Shown: positions 39,847 through 49,879 of the stretch, piece by piece | How positions within the stretch are numbered: the first letter of the stretch is position 1 | Layout of the letters: the number at the start of each line of letters is the position of its first letter | NCBI GenBank assembly: GCA_965219955.1 | Contig: OZ244799.1 | Span: 640,001-704,000 of the forward strand | Source: a bacterium | GTDB taxonomy: Bacteria > UBA8248 | Direction of reading: 5' to 3' | Length of the DNA stretch: 64,000 bases | Notes under the pieces: generated by a model | What the model was told of the DNA's origin: nothing | Databases searched by the model: none | What the model saw: the letters and a program-made list of their open reading frames with translations, nothing else | Position numbers and translations under genes: made by a program

Positions 39847-41652
39847 ATGAGATTCATGAAGCAAGACTCAGCGGGACGGTTTTTGAGATTCTCCCTGTGG
39901 GCGATTGTTTTGTGCCTCACCGCCTTGTGCGCGTCGGACGCCTTCGCCGCAAGAAAAAAGCGCGCTCCGAAAAAAAAGGCCGCTTCCAAAAAGGGCATTG
40001 ATTCCAGGGCCGCCTTCCAGGCCATGGTGAAACGCGCCGTAAAAAGGCAGTGCGTCCGTCCCGGACGTCTCGGTCTTTACATTCGCTCGGTTTCCACGGC
40101 GCAGACGCTGTATTCCCATAACGCTGCTGCAAAGCGGATTCCTGCGTCGAACGTCAAACTCTTCACGGCCGCCGCCGCGCTCGCGCGCCTGGGGCCGGAC
40201 TACCGCTTCGCCACCGATTTTTACGCGAAGGCCAAGGTCCGGGGCGGCGTCCTGCGGGGCGACCTGTATCTCAAGGGCTACGGCGATCCGCTTTTCGTGC
40301 ATGAAAGGATGCGCGACTTCGTGCGCCGCCTCAAGCTGCGCGGCGTCAGGCGCATCGAGGGCGACCTGGTGGCGGACGACACCTTTTTCGATAAGAAAAA
40401 ACATGGGCGCGGGTGGCGCGTGGGCCGCTCCATCCGGCCGTACCTGGCGCCGCACGGGGCATTGTCCCTGAATTTTGGTTCGGCGAACGTGCTCGTGGCC
40501 CCGGGTGACGGGGTCGGTACGCCGGCTATGGCGAATCTCGAGCCGCCCTCGCGCGCGCTTCGTCTCCAGGCGAGGGTGAAGACCTCGCGCAGGAGCTTGA
40601 AAATCCGGCTCGGGCGCAGGCGCTCCAAAGGAAAGGATGTCGTTCAGGTTAGCGGCTTGTTTCCGGCAAGGAGCAGGATGAAGCTGTACCGGGTGCCCGT
40701 TACGGACCCCACCGCCTTCACCGCCGGTGCGGTCGCCGCCGAAATGGAGAGGCAGGGAATCGCCTTGAAGGGCGGAATCCGGCAGGCCGCCACGCCGCCG
40801 GATGCGAAGCTTCTCGCGCGAAACCTCTCGCCGCCCCTGAGCGAGGTGGTGAGCGGGCTCAACAAGTTCAGCAACAATTTCGTGGCCGAGCAGGTTCTCA
40901 AGACGATGGGCGCCGAAACGCACGGCGCGCCGGGTACGGCGGAAAAAGGCCTGCGCGTCGTGCGGGATTTTTTGATCTCCACCGGAGTCTCGGCGAAGGA
41001 GATCGCCCTCGCCGATGGTTCGGGCCTGAGCAGGATGAACCGCTCCTCGCCTCGCGCTCTGGCGACTTTGCTCGAAGCGGCGCACAACGATTTCAGGCTG
41101 AGGCCGGAGTTCATGGCGTCGCTGGCCATCTTCGGGGTTGACGGGACGGTGAGGAAAAGACGCCGCCGGGGGGTCGATTCGCGCCGGGTGCGGGTGAAGA
41201 CGGGCGTGTTGAACGGCGTGCGCGCCTTCAGCGGATATGCGGCTGCCGGAAACGGGGAAATTCTCGCATTCTCTATTCTCATGAACGGAAACGCCTGTCG
41301 GCCCAAAAGCCTCACGGGTGAGGTGATTCGCGCAATGGTTTCGTTGAAGCGGGGCTTTTCGAATCCCGTGAACGCTCATCTCAGGGGGGCTCGCGAGATA
41401 ATGGCGCGCTCCATGCCGAAGCCTTCCATCCGGGACGGATGGCGAAGGCGCTCCTCTCCGCGCGCGGGCCCGGCCGGAGAGGGTGATTTAGATTTAGAGG
41501 TCCTGGGTCCGGGGATCGTTCCGTTCGCCGAATCGCCTCTGGACGATTCCCCCGCCGAATTGTCTTTGGAGGATTCCGAAGAAGCAGCCCCGGCGGAAGG
41601 AGGCGCCGCGTGGCCCTCGAAGAGCGGTCCGGGCGGGCGAAGTCGTGAGTGA
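39847..41652 (+). CDS. dacB: D-Ala-D-Ala carboxypeptidase/endopeptidase PBP4
   Basis: PASNVK, KFSNNF, DGSGLSR and KTG motifs. Confidence 0.93.
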   Translation: MRFMKQDSAGRFLRFSLWAIVLCLTALCASDAFAARKKRAPKKKAASKKGIDSRAAFQAMVKRAVKRQCVRPGRLGLYIRSVSTAQTLYSHNAAAKRIPASNVKLFTAAAALARLGPDYRFATDFYAKAKVRGGVLRGDLYLKGYGDPLFVHERMRDFVRRLKLRGVRRIEGDLVADDTFFDKKKHGRGWRVGRSIRPYLAPHGALSLNFGSANVLVAPGDGVGTPAMANLEPPSRALRLQARVKTSRRSLKIRLGRRRSKGKDVVQVSGLFPARSRMKLYRVPVTDPTAFTAGAVAAEMERQGIALKGGIRQAATPPDAKLLARNLSPPLSEVVSGLNKFSNNFVAEQVLKTMGAETHGAPGTAEKGLRVVRDFLISTGVSAKEIALADGSGLSRMNRSSPRALATLLEAAHNDFRLRPEFMASLAIFGVDGTVRKRRRRGVDSRRVRVKTGVLNGVRAFSGYAAAGNGEILAFSILMNGNACRPKSLTGEVIRAMVSLKRGFSNPVNAHLRGAREIMARSMPKPSIRDGWRRRSSPRAGPAGEGDLDLEVLGPGIVPFAESPLDDSPAELSLEDSEEAAPAEGGAAWPSKSGPGGRSRE

Positions 41653-41731
41653 TAAATGAGCGATGCGCTTGTTCGGAGCCGGCTCTCCAGGCGCTGCGCC
41701 TGCGGACGGCGCAGGGGAGCATAAAGGGCCG

Positions 41732-43522
41732 ATGAGCGATCCCTCAGGCCCGCTCGCCTTTCCCCGCAAGTGGACGCTGCGCCCCGTCGATCAGGAATCC
41801 GCCGATCAGCTTTCCCGGGAACTGAACCTCCCCCCTCTGATGGGAAAACTCCTCGCGCAAAGGGGCATCCAAAGCCCCGGCGAGGCGCGCAAGTTCCTGG
41901 ATGCCCCCCTCGCGGGATTGCACGACCCGTTTCTGATGAAAGGGATGGAAGACGCCGTCTCCCACCTCCTGGGGCAGATAAGAAACCGACGCCCCATCGG
42001 CGTTTATGGGGATTACGACGTGGACGGCATCTCCGCCACGGCGCTCATGTGCCGGTTTCTCTCCCAGGTGGGCGTCAGGGTTCCCTACTACATTCCGAGT
42101 CGCCTGGATGAGGGTTACGGCCTGCACCGCAAGGGCCTGGAAAAACTCAAGGAGGCGGGCTGCGACACGGTGGTGACGGTCGACTGCGGCATCAGCGCGC
42201 ATGCCGCCGCCAGAGAAGCAGAACAGATGGGCGTTCGCCTCGTCATCACCGATCATCACCGCCCGCCGGACGAGTTGCCGCCCTCCGTGGCCGTCCTGAA
42301 TCCCCGCCAGGCGGGTTGTGAATACCCCTTTCGGGGGCTCAGCGGGGTCGGGGTGGCGTTCAAGCTCGTCACCGCCGTGAGAAGGCGTTTGCATGAGGAT
42401 GGATTCGGGGCGCCGCTGCCGAACCTCAAGCAGCACCTCGACCTGGTGGCGTTGGGCACGGTGGCCGACGTGGTTCCCCTGCGGGACGAGAACCATATTT
42501 TCGTGCGCCACGGGCTCGAGATTCTCTCGCCCCCCGAAGTGGCCGAGGGCGGGTTCGAGACCCTGGATCGGCGAAAGGCGGGGATCCGCGCCTTACAGGC
42601 GGCGGCGAACCTCAAGGCCCAGGCGCTCAATGTGGGACACGTCTCCTTCACCCTCGCGCCGAGGCTCAACGCGGCGGGGCGGGTGGGGGAAGCCTCCTTC
42701 GGCGTCGAACTTCTCATCGCCGATGACGAGGGCCAGGCGCGCTCCCGCGCGGAGGTGCTCGAGGAGTGGAACCGTCAACGCCAGGTTTTGCAGCGGCAAG
42801 CCTGGGAGGAGGCGGTGGGCATGATGGAATCATCGGGGGGCGACGCCCGCGATGAGGCCATCGTGCTCGCGAGCGACAAATGGCACCCCGGCGTGGTGGG
42901 CATCGTGGCGGCGAAACTCGTGGAGGAGTATCACCAGCCCTCGGTTCTCATCCACGTCAGGGACGGGGTGGGGAAAGGCTCCGTTCGCTCGGCCATGGGT
43001 CTTCACGTGTACGAGGCGCTCGAGCGCTGCTCGGACTTTCTGATCCAGTTCGGCGGACACAAGGGAGCCGCGGGGCTGAAGGTGGCGGAGGAGAAGATAG
43101 ACGCTTTCAGGGAGCGCTTCTGCGAGGTGATTCGCGGGATGAAAAAAACCGGGCCGGATGAGCGTGAACTCATGCTCGACGCCCGCGTCGATTTTTCCGA
43201 AATGGACGCGCCGCTCTTGGAGCAATTCGAGGGCATGGCGCCTTTCGGGGAGGAGAACCCCCGGCCCGTGTTCTGCGCCTCAGGCGTCGAGGTGGCCGGA
43301 AGCCCGGGCTCCGTGGGCCGCGAAGGGGAGCACCTGAAGCTGAACTTGCGGCAGTTCCGCGAGGTGAGAGAGGCCATCGGCTTCGGCATGGGGGCGTTGC
43401 TCAAGGAGCCGGAACGCTTGCAGGGAAAGCTCGACGTGGCGTTCTCCCCCGGCCTGAACCGCTGGCGCGGAAACACCAGGATGCAGCTCGATATTCGCGC
43501 CATCCGTCCGGCGGGCGGCTAG
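41732..43522 (+). CDS. recJ: ssDNA-specific exonuclease RecJ
   Basis: GDYDVDG, TVDCGI, TDHH, APRLNAAGR and GGHKGAAG motifs. Confidence 0.96.
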   Translation: MSDPSGPLAFPRKWTLRPVDQESADQLSRELNLPPLMGKLLAQRGIQSPGEARKFLDAPLAGLHDPFLMKGMEDAVSHLLGQIRNRRPIGVYGDYDVDGISATALMCRFLSQVGVRVPYYIPSRLDEGYGLHRKGLEKLKEAGCDTVVTVDCGISAHAAAREAEQMGVRLVITDHHRPPDELPPSVAVLNPRQAGCEYPFRGLSGVGVAFKLVTAVRRRLHEDGFGAPLPNLKQHLDLVALGTVADVVPLRDENHIFVRHGLEILSPPEVAEGGFETLDRRKAGIRALQAAANLKAQALNVGHVSFTLAPRLNAAGRVGEASFGVELLIADDEGQARSRAEVLEEWNRQRQVLQRQAWEEAVGMMESSGGDARDEAIVLASDKWHPGVVGIVAAKLVEEYHQPSVLIHVRDGVGKGSVRSAMGLHVYEALERCSDFLIQFGGHKGAAGLKVAEEKIDAFRERFCEVIRGMKKTGPDERELMLDARVDFSEMDAPLLEQFEGMAPFGEENPRPVFCASGVEVAGSPGSVGREGEHLKLNLRQFREVREAIGFGMGALLKEPERLQGKLDVAFSPGLNRWRGNTRMQLDIRAIRPAGG

Positions 43523-44679
43523 CCCGCGAGCGTATCCAGGGACTCCCTGTCGTCGGGCTTCATCGAAAACTCGTCAAAACCGGAGAGCTTCAGGTTTTTC
43601 GACAGCAGCATCACCTTGATGGCCCCGCCCAGACCGGTGGGGTCCATGATGCCCATGAGGGACTGGCGCTCGCGCCGTGTTTTTTCATCATCCTCGCCCT
43701 TCACGTTTTCCAGTGCCCGGGAAATGCCGGCCCCGAGAAGAAAGCGCGTCTGATCGGTGAAGCCCGCAAGTTCCATGCCATGCGGCGCGGCAGCCCGCAG
43801 GATGGAGGTGAAGTCGACGTGGGTGGTGAGGTCGGTCTCCCCCGGCCGTGAGAGCACGTCGCTCACGAGGGTGTGGTTTCTGTAGCCGCGCAGCGCGCCC
43901 TCCATGCGGGTGGGGCCGTAGAGGACGCGCGCGGAGAAGCCGTAGTCGAAGATCAGGACGGCGCCCCGCTCCATCCGGCGCGCCACCTCGCTCACCCAGT
44001 CGAAGGCGCACAGGTTCACCTCGGCCGTCTGATCGGCGGAGAGCCGGACCCCCAAATCGGAGAACCAGCCGTTCAGCCGCTCATCGGAGAGCGCGCTCTC
44101 GCAAAACTCGAGCCTCTCGCCGCGCCGCGCCACGTATCTCTCCTTCAGATACGGCCCTTCCTGGATGAGGGCGTGGATGGGCAGGGCGTCCAGGAACTCA
44201 TGGGCGAGTACGACGCCCTCGAAGCCTGCGGGCGGATACGGGGAAGCGTCGGCGAATCGAACCTCATCGGAGTCCCGGAATTTCTCCCGTATCCGCTTTC
44301 CCGCCTGCGCGCTTTGCTCGGCGAACGTATAGGCGATGGCCCGGTGGAGAGACGCCTGCGAGGAGCGAATCGCCTCGATGATGTCGAAGGCGAGCCATCC
44401 CTCGCCGGGGCCGTACTCCCAAACGGGAAGCGAGGGCGGCTCGCCCATGCGCCGCCGGGTTTTCTCGATTAGCGGCGCAATCATCCGCCCGAGCCAGGGG
44501 CTCTGGTGAGGCGAGGTGTAGAAATCGCCGCCTGCGCCGATGCGCGGGCTTTCCCGGCAATAATAGCCGCCCTCCGGGTGATAGAGGGCGATTTCCATGA
44601 AGCGGCGAAAGGGGATGGGGCCGTCTTCGAGCGCATCCGCCAGGGCCTGGGAGAGTTCGGGGTGAGAGGCGATTTTCAT
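43519..44679 (-). CDS. SAM-dependent methyltransferase, MidA/NDUFAF7 family
   Basis: FMEIALY.P..GYY, GDFYTSP, E.GPGEG, DYG and DLT.HVDF motifs. Confidence 0.9.
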   Translation of the reverse strand: MKIASHPELSQALADALEDGPIPFRRFMEIALYHPEGGYYCRESPRIGAGGDFYTSPHQSPWLGRMIAPLIEKTRRRMGEPPSLPVWEYGPGEGWLAFDIIEAIRSSQASLHRAIAYTFAEQSAQAGKRIREKFRDSDEVRFADASPYPPAGFEGVVLAHEFLDALPIHALIQEGPYLKERYVARRGERLEFCESALSDERLNGWFSDLGVRLSADQTAEVNLCAFDWVSEVARRMERGAVLIFDYGFSARVLYGPTRMEGALRGYRNHTLVSDVLSRPGETDLTTHVDFTSILRAAAPHGMELAGFTDQTRFLLGAGISRALENVKGEDDEKTRRERQSLMGIMDPTGLGGAIKVMLLSKNLKLSGFDEFSMKPDDRESLDTLAG

Positions 44680-44813
44680 GGCGCAGAGTATACACTTGGA
44701 CAAGACGGGCAAGAAGTGCGAGCCGGCCGGAGCATCCCCTTGATTCCGCCGGTTGGAATATCTATCATCCAGGAGTGAAATGACGAATCGCATCATCACG
44801 AATGAGGTATCGC

Positions 44814-45065
44814 ATGAAAGTTCGCGTGAAATGCTTCGCCTGGGCGAAAGAGGTGACGGGCGAGGACGAAATCGACCTGGAAGTCCCCGAGGGCGCTACG
44901 GTGGCCGATCTCAGGATTAGTCTCGCCGAGCGGTTTCCGGTGTTTTCCGGGCGCATGGAGTCCATCGCCGTCTCCGTCAACCAGGAGTTCGCGGGCGAGG
45001 GCACGCCGGTGGATGCGGGCGATGAACTGGCGTTGATCCCGCCCATCAGCGGGGGTTGCGCATGA
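44814..45065 (+). CDS. moaD: Molybdopterin synthase sulfur carrier MoaD
   Basis: VNQEF...GDELALIPPISGG followed by CA. Confidence 0.9.
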   Translation: MKVRVKCFAWAKEVTGEDEIDLEVPEGATVADLRISLAERFPVFSGRMESIAVSVNQEFAGEGTPVDAGDELALIPPISGGCA

Positions 45066-45523
45066 TTTGCCGCATCACCGATTCCCCCATCGACATGGAC
45101 GAGTTGACGGACAGCCTCGATTCCCCCGAACTGGGCGGGCTCTGCACGTTCGTGGGCAAGGTCCGCAACCACAGCGCGGGGCAGGGGGTCACGCATCTCG
45201 AGTACCACGCCTATCCCGAGATGGCGGAGAAGAAGATGCGCCAGGTCGCCGGGGAGATCGAAGAGCGCTTCGGCGTCGCGCACCTGGCGATGGCCCACCG
45301 GGTCGGAACCCTCGCCATCGGCGATATCGCGGTGGGCATCGCGGCGGCCTCCGCCCACCGGGACGCGGCCTTCAAGGCGTGCCGCTACGCGATCGACCGC
45401 ATCAAGCAGATCGTGCCGATATGGAAGAAGGAGTACGGCGAAGACGGCGTGGCCTGGGTGGAGGGCTGCGCGGTGGACGCCGAGACGGCGGAACCTCAAA
45501 AAGCGCAAAATCAGCGCGTTTGA
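45062..45523 (+). CDS. moaE: Molybdopterin synthase catalytic subunit MoaE
   Basis: FVGKVRN, LEYHAYPEMA, HRVG and PIWKKE motifs. Confidence 0.95.
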   Translation: MICRITDSPIDMDELTDSLDSPELGGLCTFVGKVRNHSAGQGVTHLEYHAYPEMAEKKMRQVAGEIEERFGVAHLAMAHRVGTLAIGDIAVGIAAASAHRDAAFKACRYAIDRIKQIVPIWKKEYGEDGVAWVEGCAVDAETAEPQKAQNQRV

Positions 45524-45735
45524 CTTTTTTCCCCTTCAAGCTAGAATTCATCTAAACCTCTAATGAATCGCGTCGCCCGGCGGCGTTAAGCGTCTTTTGC
45601 AATTCTTTTTGTTTCGTGTCTTGTCGATACGTGCAAACAGAGCTTCGATTCATCCTGCTTTGGAAGCATTTGAAGAAAGGGCGAATTTCCGCCGCGAGAT
45701 TCAAGGGTTTTCCCACAGATCAAGGAGGATAGAAA

Positions 45736-46929
45736 ATGAAAGTGGTTCGCATCTTCATTACAATCGCATTTTTGGTGACGACGGCGTTCTTCGCCAGCCC
45801 GGCATTGTCGGCGAATGAAATCCACCTGGGCGGAGCCATCTCCCAGACGGGCCGCTATGCGGAGCCGGCCGGCAGGTTCGTTAATGCCTACAAGCTGTAT
45901 ATCGACCAGCTGAACGCCAAGGGCGGTCTGCTGGGCAAGAAGATTAAAGTCACGCTCCTGGATGACAAATCGGACAAGCAGACCAGCATCAAGCTGTATG
46001 AGAAGCTGATCACGCAGGACAAGGTCGACATCACGCTCGGCCCCTATTCGAGCGGCATCACCGACGCAGTGGCCAACGTTCTCGAAAGATACAAGTACCC
46101 CACGCTGGCGCCGGGCGCCTCCTCGGGCATCATCTGGAAGAAAGGCAGAAAGTACCTTTTCAACCAGAACGCCATCGCCCAGAACTATCAAAGAGGCGCG
46201 ATGTTCCTCGCCAAGGACATCGGCGTGAAGCGGGTCGCCATCGTCGGCGAGGACAGCCTCTTCCCGCGCCAGTCGGCGGAGGGCGCAGTTCACTGGGCGA
46301 AGCATCTCGGCATCAAGGTGGTGCTGAACGAGAACTATACGCGCAAACAGACCGACTTCACCGCGCTGCTCCAGAAGATCAAGGCGCGCCGCGCGGAGGC
46401 GCTCATCTCGAACAGCTACTTCGCGGACGCCGTGGCCCAGATTCGCCAGCTTCGCGAACTGAACATCAACCTCAAGATTTTCGCCGGAACCGTCGGCCCC
46501 GGCCTGCCCAAGTTCGCCAAACAACTCGGCAACACGGCGGAATACGTGCTGGGCTTCAGCCAGTGGGAGCCGCGCCCCGAGATACTGAAATTCCCGGGGA
46601 TGAAGCATTTCATCGACTCCTATGTGAAGCGTCACGGCGTCAAGCCGAACTACCACGCCGGAATCGCCTGGGTGTCGATGCAGATCATGAGCCAGGCGAT
46701 AGCAAAGGCGGGTTCTCATGATCGCCAGAAGGTCTGGCAGACGCTGCGCACCTCTCAGTTCCAGACTGTCATGGGAAAATGGAAAGTGGACGAGAACAAC
46801 CTGAACGATCATGACGGCCTGACCTTCCAGATTCTCGACGGCCAGCGCAAGATCGTCTGGCCGAAGAAGATCGCGGAAGTTCCCTACAAGCTGCCGATGC
46901 CCAAGTGGAAGGACAGGGCCAAGAACTAG
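45736..46929 (+). CDS. Branched-chain amino acid ABC substrate-binding protein (copy 1)
   Basis: Signal peptide; N..GGLLG, DDKSD and GPYSSG motifs. Confidence 0.9.
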   Translation: MKVVRIFITIAFLVTTAFFASPALSANEIHLGGAISQTGRYAEPAGRFVNAYKLYIDQLNAKGGLLGKKIKVTLLDDKSDKQTSIKLYEKLITQDKVDITLGPYSSGITDAVANVLERYKYPTLAPGASSGIIWKKGRKYLFNQNAIAQNYQRGAMFLAKDIGVKRVAIVGEDSLFPRQSAEGAVHWAKHLGIKVVLNENYTRKQTDFTALLQKIKARRAEALISNSYFADAVAQIRQLRELNINLKIFAGTVGPGLPKFAKQLGNTAEYVLGFSQWEPRPEILKFPGMKHFIDSYVKRHGVKPNYHAGIAWVSMQIMSQAIAKAGSHDRQKVWQTLRTSQFQTVMGKWKVDENNLNDHDGLTFQILDGQRKIVWPKKIAEVPYKLPMPKWKDRAKN

Positions 46930-47024
46930 GCAGGTGGCTTGTATGGCGAAAGTTGTTCAACCGTAGCGCGTCGTATTGTGATGGCGGCGCAACCTTTGAG
47001 CTTCCATAAAGAGGAGGATCGGAG

Positions 47025-48221
47025 ATGAAGAAAAGCCTTGTTTTGGTTCTCGGCTTTGCTCTCGCCCTCACGGCCGCTCCCTTCGTGGAGAAAGGCTTTG
47101 CGGCGGACAAGGTCACCCTGGGGATCGCCATTTCGCAGACGGGCCGCTATGCCGAACCCGCCGGGCGTATGGTGAACTCCTACAATCTGTATGTGGACCA
47201 GATGAACGCCAAGGGTGGTTGGCTCGGCAAGAAAATCGATATGATCATCCTGGACGACAAATCGGACAAGCAGACCAGCATCAAGCTCTACGAGAAACTG
47301 ATCACGCAGGACAAGGTGAACCTGACCATGGGGCCCTACTCGAGCGGCATCACCGACGCCGTGGCCAACGTGCTGGAGAGGTACAAGTACCCCACGCTGG
47401 CGCCGGGCGCCGCCTCGGGCATCATCTGGAAGAAAGGCCGCAAGTACCTCTTCGACATCATCGCGGTCGCCCAGGACTACCAGAAGGGCGCGCTCCACAT
47501 CGCCAAGGAAATCGGCGTGAAGCGCATCGCCATCATCGGCGAGGACAGCCTCTTCCCGCGCCAGTCGGCGGAAGGCGCCGTGGATTGGGCGAAGAAGCTC
47601 GGCCTCAAGGTGGTTCTGAACGAGAACTATCCGCGCAAACAGACCGACTTCACCGCGCTGCTTCAGAAGATCAAGGCGCGCCGCGCGGAGGCGCTCATCT
47701 CGAACAGCTACTTCGCGGACGCCGCGGCGCAGATTCGCCAGCTTCGCGAACTCAACATCAACCTCAAGATTTTCGCCGGAACCGTCGGCCCGGGCCTGCC
47801 CAAGTTCGCCAAGCAGCTCGGCAACACGGCCGAATACGTTCTGGGCTTCAGCCAGTGGGAGCCCAAGCCGGAAATCCTCAAGCGGCCCGGCATGAGGGCT
47901 TTCATCGCGGCCTACAAGAAACGCTACGGCGTGGATCCGAACTACCACGCGGGCCAGTCCTATGCGTCCATGCAGGTTTTCGGCGAAGCGGTGAAACGAG
48001 CAGGCTCCATTGACAGGGACAAGGTGTGGAGGACGATGCGCACGATGAGCACCACGACCATCATCGGTCCCTGGAAAGTGGACGACACCAACATGAACAA
48101 CCACGAGGGCTTGACCTTCCAGATACTCGACGGCCAGCGCAAGATCGTGTGGCCCAAGAAGATATCGGAAGTCTCCTACAAGCTGCCGATGCCCAAGTGG
48201 AAGGAAAGAGCCAAGAACTAG
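47025..48221 (+). CDS. Branched-chain amino acid ABC substrate-binding protein (copy 2)
   Basis: Close paralog of copy 1. Confidence 0.9.
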   Translation: MKKSLVLVLGFALALTAAPFVEKGFAADKVTLGIAISQTGRYAEPAGRMVNSYNLYVDQMNAKGGWLGKKIDMIILDDKSDKQTSIKLYEKLITQDKVNLTMGPYSSGITDAVANVLERYKYPTLAPGAASGIIWKKGRKYLFDIIAVAQDYQKGALHIAKEIGVKRIAIIGEDSLFPRQSAEGAVDWAKKLGLKVVLNENYPRKQTDFTALLQKIKARRAEALISNSYFADAAAQIRQLRELNINLKIFAGTVGPGLPKFAKQLGNTAEYVLGFSQWEPKPEILKRPGMRAFIAAYKKRYGVDPNYHAGQSYASMQVFGEAVKRAGSIDRDKVWRTMRTMSTTTIIGPWKVDDTNMNNHEGLTFQILDGQRKIVWPKKISEVSYKLPMPKWKERAKN

Positions 48222-48266
48222 GGACAGAAGAGATAGACAAAGGTTGTGACAGGGCAGCATATCGAC

Positions 48267-48305
48267 TCCCGCCCCGCGTTCGGTTTCGCGCGGGGCGGGA
48301 ATTTT
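48267..48305 (+). terminator. Hairpin/terminator after binding protein 2
   Basis: TCCCGCCCCGCG...CGCGGGGCGGGA followed by ATTTT. Confidence 0.6.
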
Positions 48306-48551
48306 ACCGCAGAGAAAGTTTTTAAGGACGGTATTATAATTTGTTGAATAATTCCCTTTGACATCTGAAGCGATATGCGTATCATAACCGACTGTTCAGC
48401 AAATCTGGTGGTGCGCATCCGGAACTACGCGCGATGATTGTTTATAAGGAATAATCTGATTGAGCGCGTTGTTGCTGGTCATGTGCGAGCAGTAAGTTCA
48501 TTTTTTTGTTACAAGGCAGGATTATTGTTTTCATTAGGAGGAGTGCAAGAA

Positions 48552-49748
48552 ATGAAGAAATGCTTGGTTTTGGCTCTCGGCTTTGCTCTCGCCCTGACGG
48601 CTGCTCCCTTCGTGGAGAAAAGCCAGGCGATGGACAAGGTCACCCTGGGAATCGCTATTTCGCAGACGGGCCGCTATGCCGAACCCGCCGGACGTATGGT
48701 GAACTCCTACAAGCTGTATGTTGATCAGGTGAACGCCGGTAAAGGCTGGAACGGGAAGAAAATCGACTTCAGCATCCTGGACGACAAATCTGACAAGCAG
48801 ACGAGCATCAAGCTCTACGAGAAGCTGATCACGCAGGATAAAGTGAACCTGACCATCGGTCCCTACTCGAGCGGCATCACCGACGCCGTGGCCAACGTGC
48901 TGGAAAGGTACAAGTACCCCACGATGGCGCCGGGCGCCTCCTCGGGCATCATCTGGAAGAAAGGCCGCAAGTATCTGTTCAACATCATCGCCGTCGCCCA
49001 GGACTATCAGAAGGGCGCGATTCACCTCGCCAAGGAGATCGGCGTGAAGCGCATCGCCATCGTCGGCGAGGACAGCCTCTTCCCGCGCCAGTCGGCGGAA
49101 GGCGCCGTGGAGTGGGCGAAGAAGCTCGGCCTCAAGGTGGTGCTGAACGAGAACTATCCGCGCAAGCAGACCGACTTCACCGCGCTGCTTCAGAAAATCA
49201 AGGCGCGCCGCGCGGAGGCGCTCATCTCGAACAGCTACTTCGCGGACGCCGCGGCGCAGATTCGCCAGCTTCGCGAGCTCAACATCAACCTCAAGATCTT
49301 CGCCGGAACCGTCGGCCCGGGCCTGCCCAAGTTCGCCAAGCAGCTCGGCGACACGGCCGAATACGTTCTGGGATTCAGCCAGTGGGAGCCCAAGCCGGCC
49401 ATCCTCAAGCGGCCCGGCATGAAGGAATTCATCGCGGCCTACAAGAAACGCTACGGCGTGAACCCGAACTACCACGCGGGCCAGTCCTATGCGTCCCTGC
49501 AGATTTTCGGCGACGCGGTGGCGAAAGCAGGCTCCGCGGACCGGGTCAAGGTGTGGAAGGCGCTCCGTACCATGAAGACCACGACCGTCATCGGTCCCTG
49601 GAAAGTGGACGAGAACAACCTGAACCAGCATGAGGGCTTGACCTTCCAGATTCTCGACGGCCAGCGCAAGATCGTGTGGCCCAAGAAGATTTCGGAAGTC
49701 TCCTACAAGCTGCCGATGCCGAAGTGGAAGGAAAGAGGCAAGAACTAG
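48552..49748 (+). CDS. Branched-chain amino acid ABC substrate-binding protein (copy 3)
   Basis: AGGAGGAG RBS before ATG 48552; TTGACA-N16-TATCAT at 48358. Confidence 0.9.
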   Translation: MKKCLVLALGFALALTAAPFVEKSQAMDKVTLGIAISQTGRYAEPAGRMVNSYKLYVDQVNAGKGWNGKKIDFSILDDKSDKQTSIKLYEKLITQDKVNLTIGPYSSGITDAVANVLERYKYPTMAPGASSGIIWKKGRKYLFNIIAVAQDYQKGAIHLAKEIGVKRIAIVGEDSLFPRQSAEGAVEWAKKLGLKVVLNENYPRKQTDFTALLQKIKARRAEALISNSYFADAAAQIRQLRELNINLKIFAGTVGPGLPKFAKQLGDTAEYVLGFSQWEPKPAILKRPGMKEFIAAYKKRYGVNPNYHAGQSYASLQIFGDAVAKAGSADRVKVWKALRTMKTTTVIGPWKVDENNLNQHEGLTFQILDGQRKIVWPKKISEVSYKLPMPKWKERGKN

Positions 49749-49879
49749 ACGGGTTGCATTTAGGGCGAAAATGCCATAAACATCTGAACTTTCGCACCGG
49801 GGCTGTTAAAAGCGGCCCCGGCGCGAAAGTGAAAATATCGGACTTTTTTGTGTCTTAGTCTGAGGGGACTCGATCTCTC

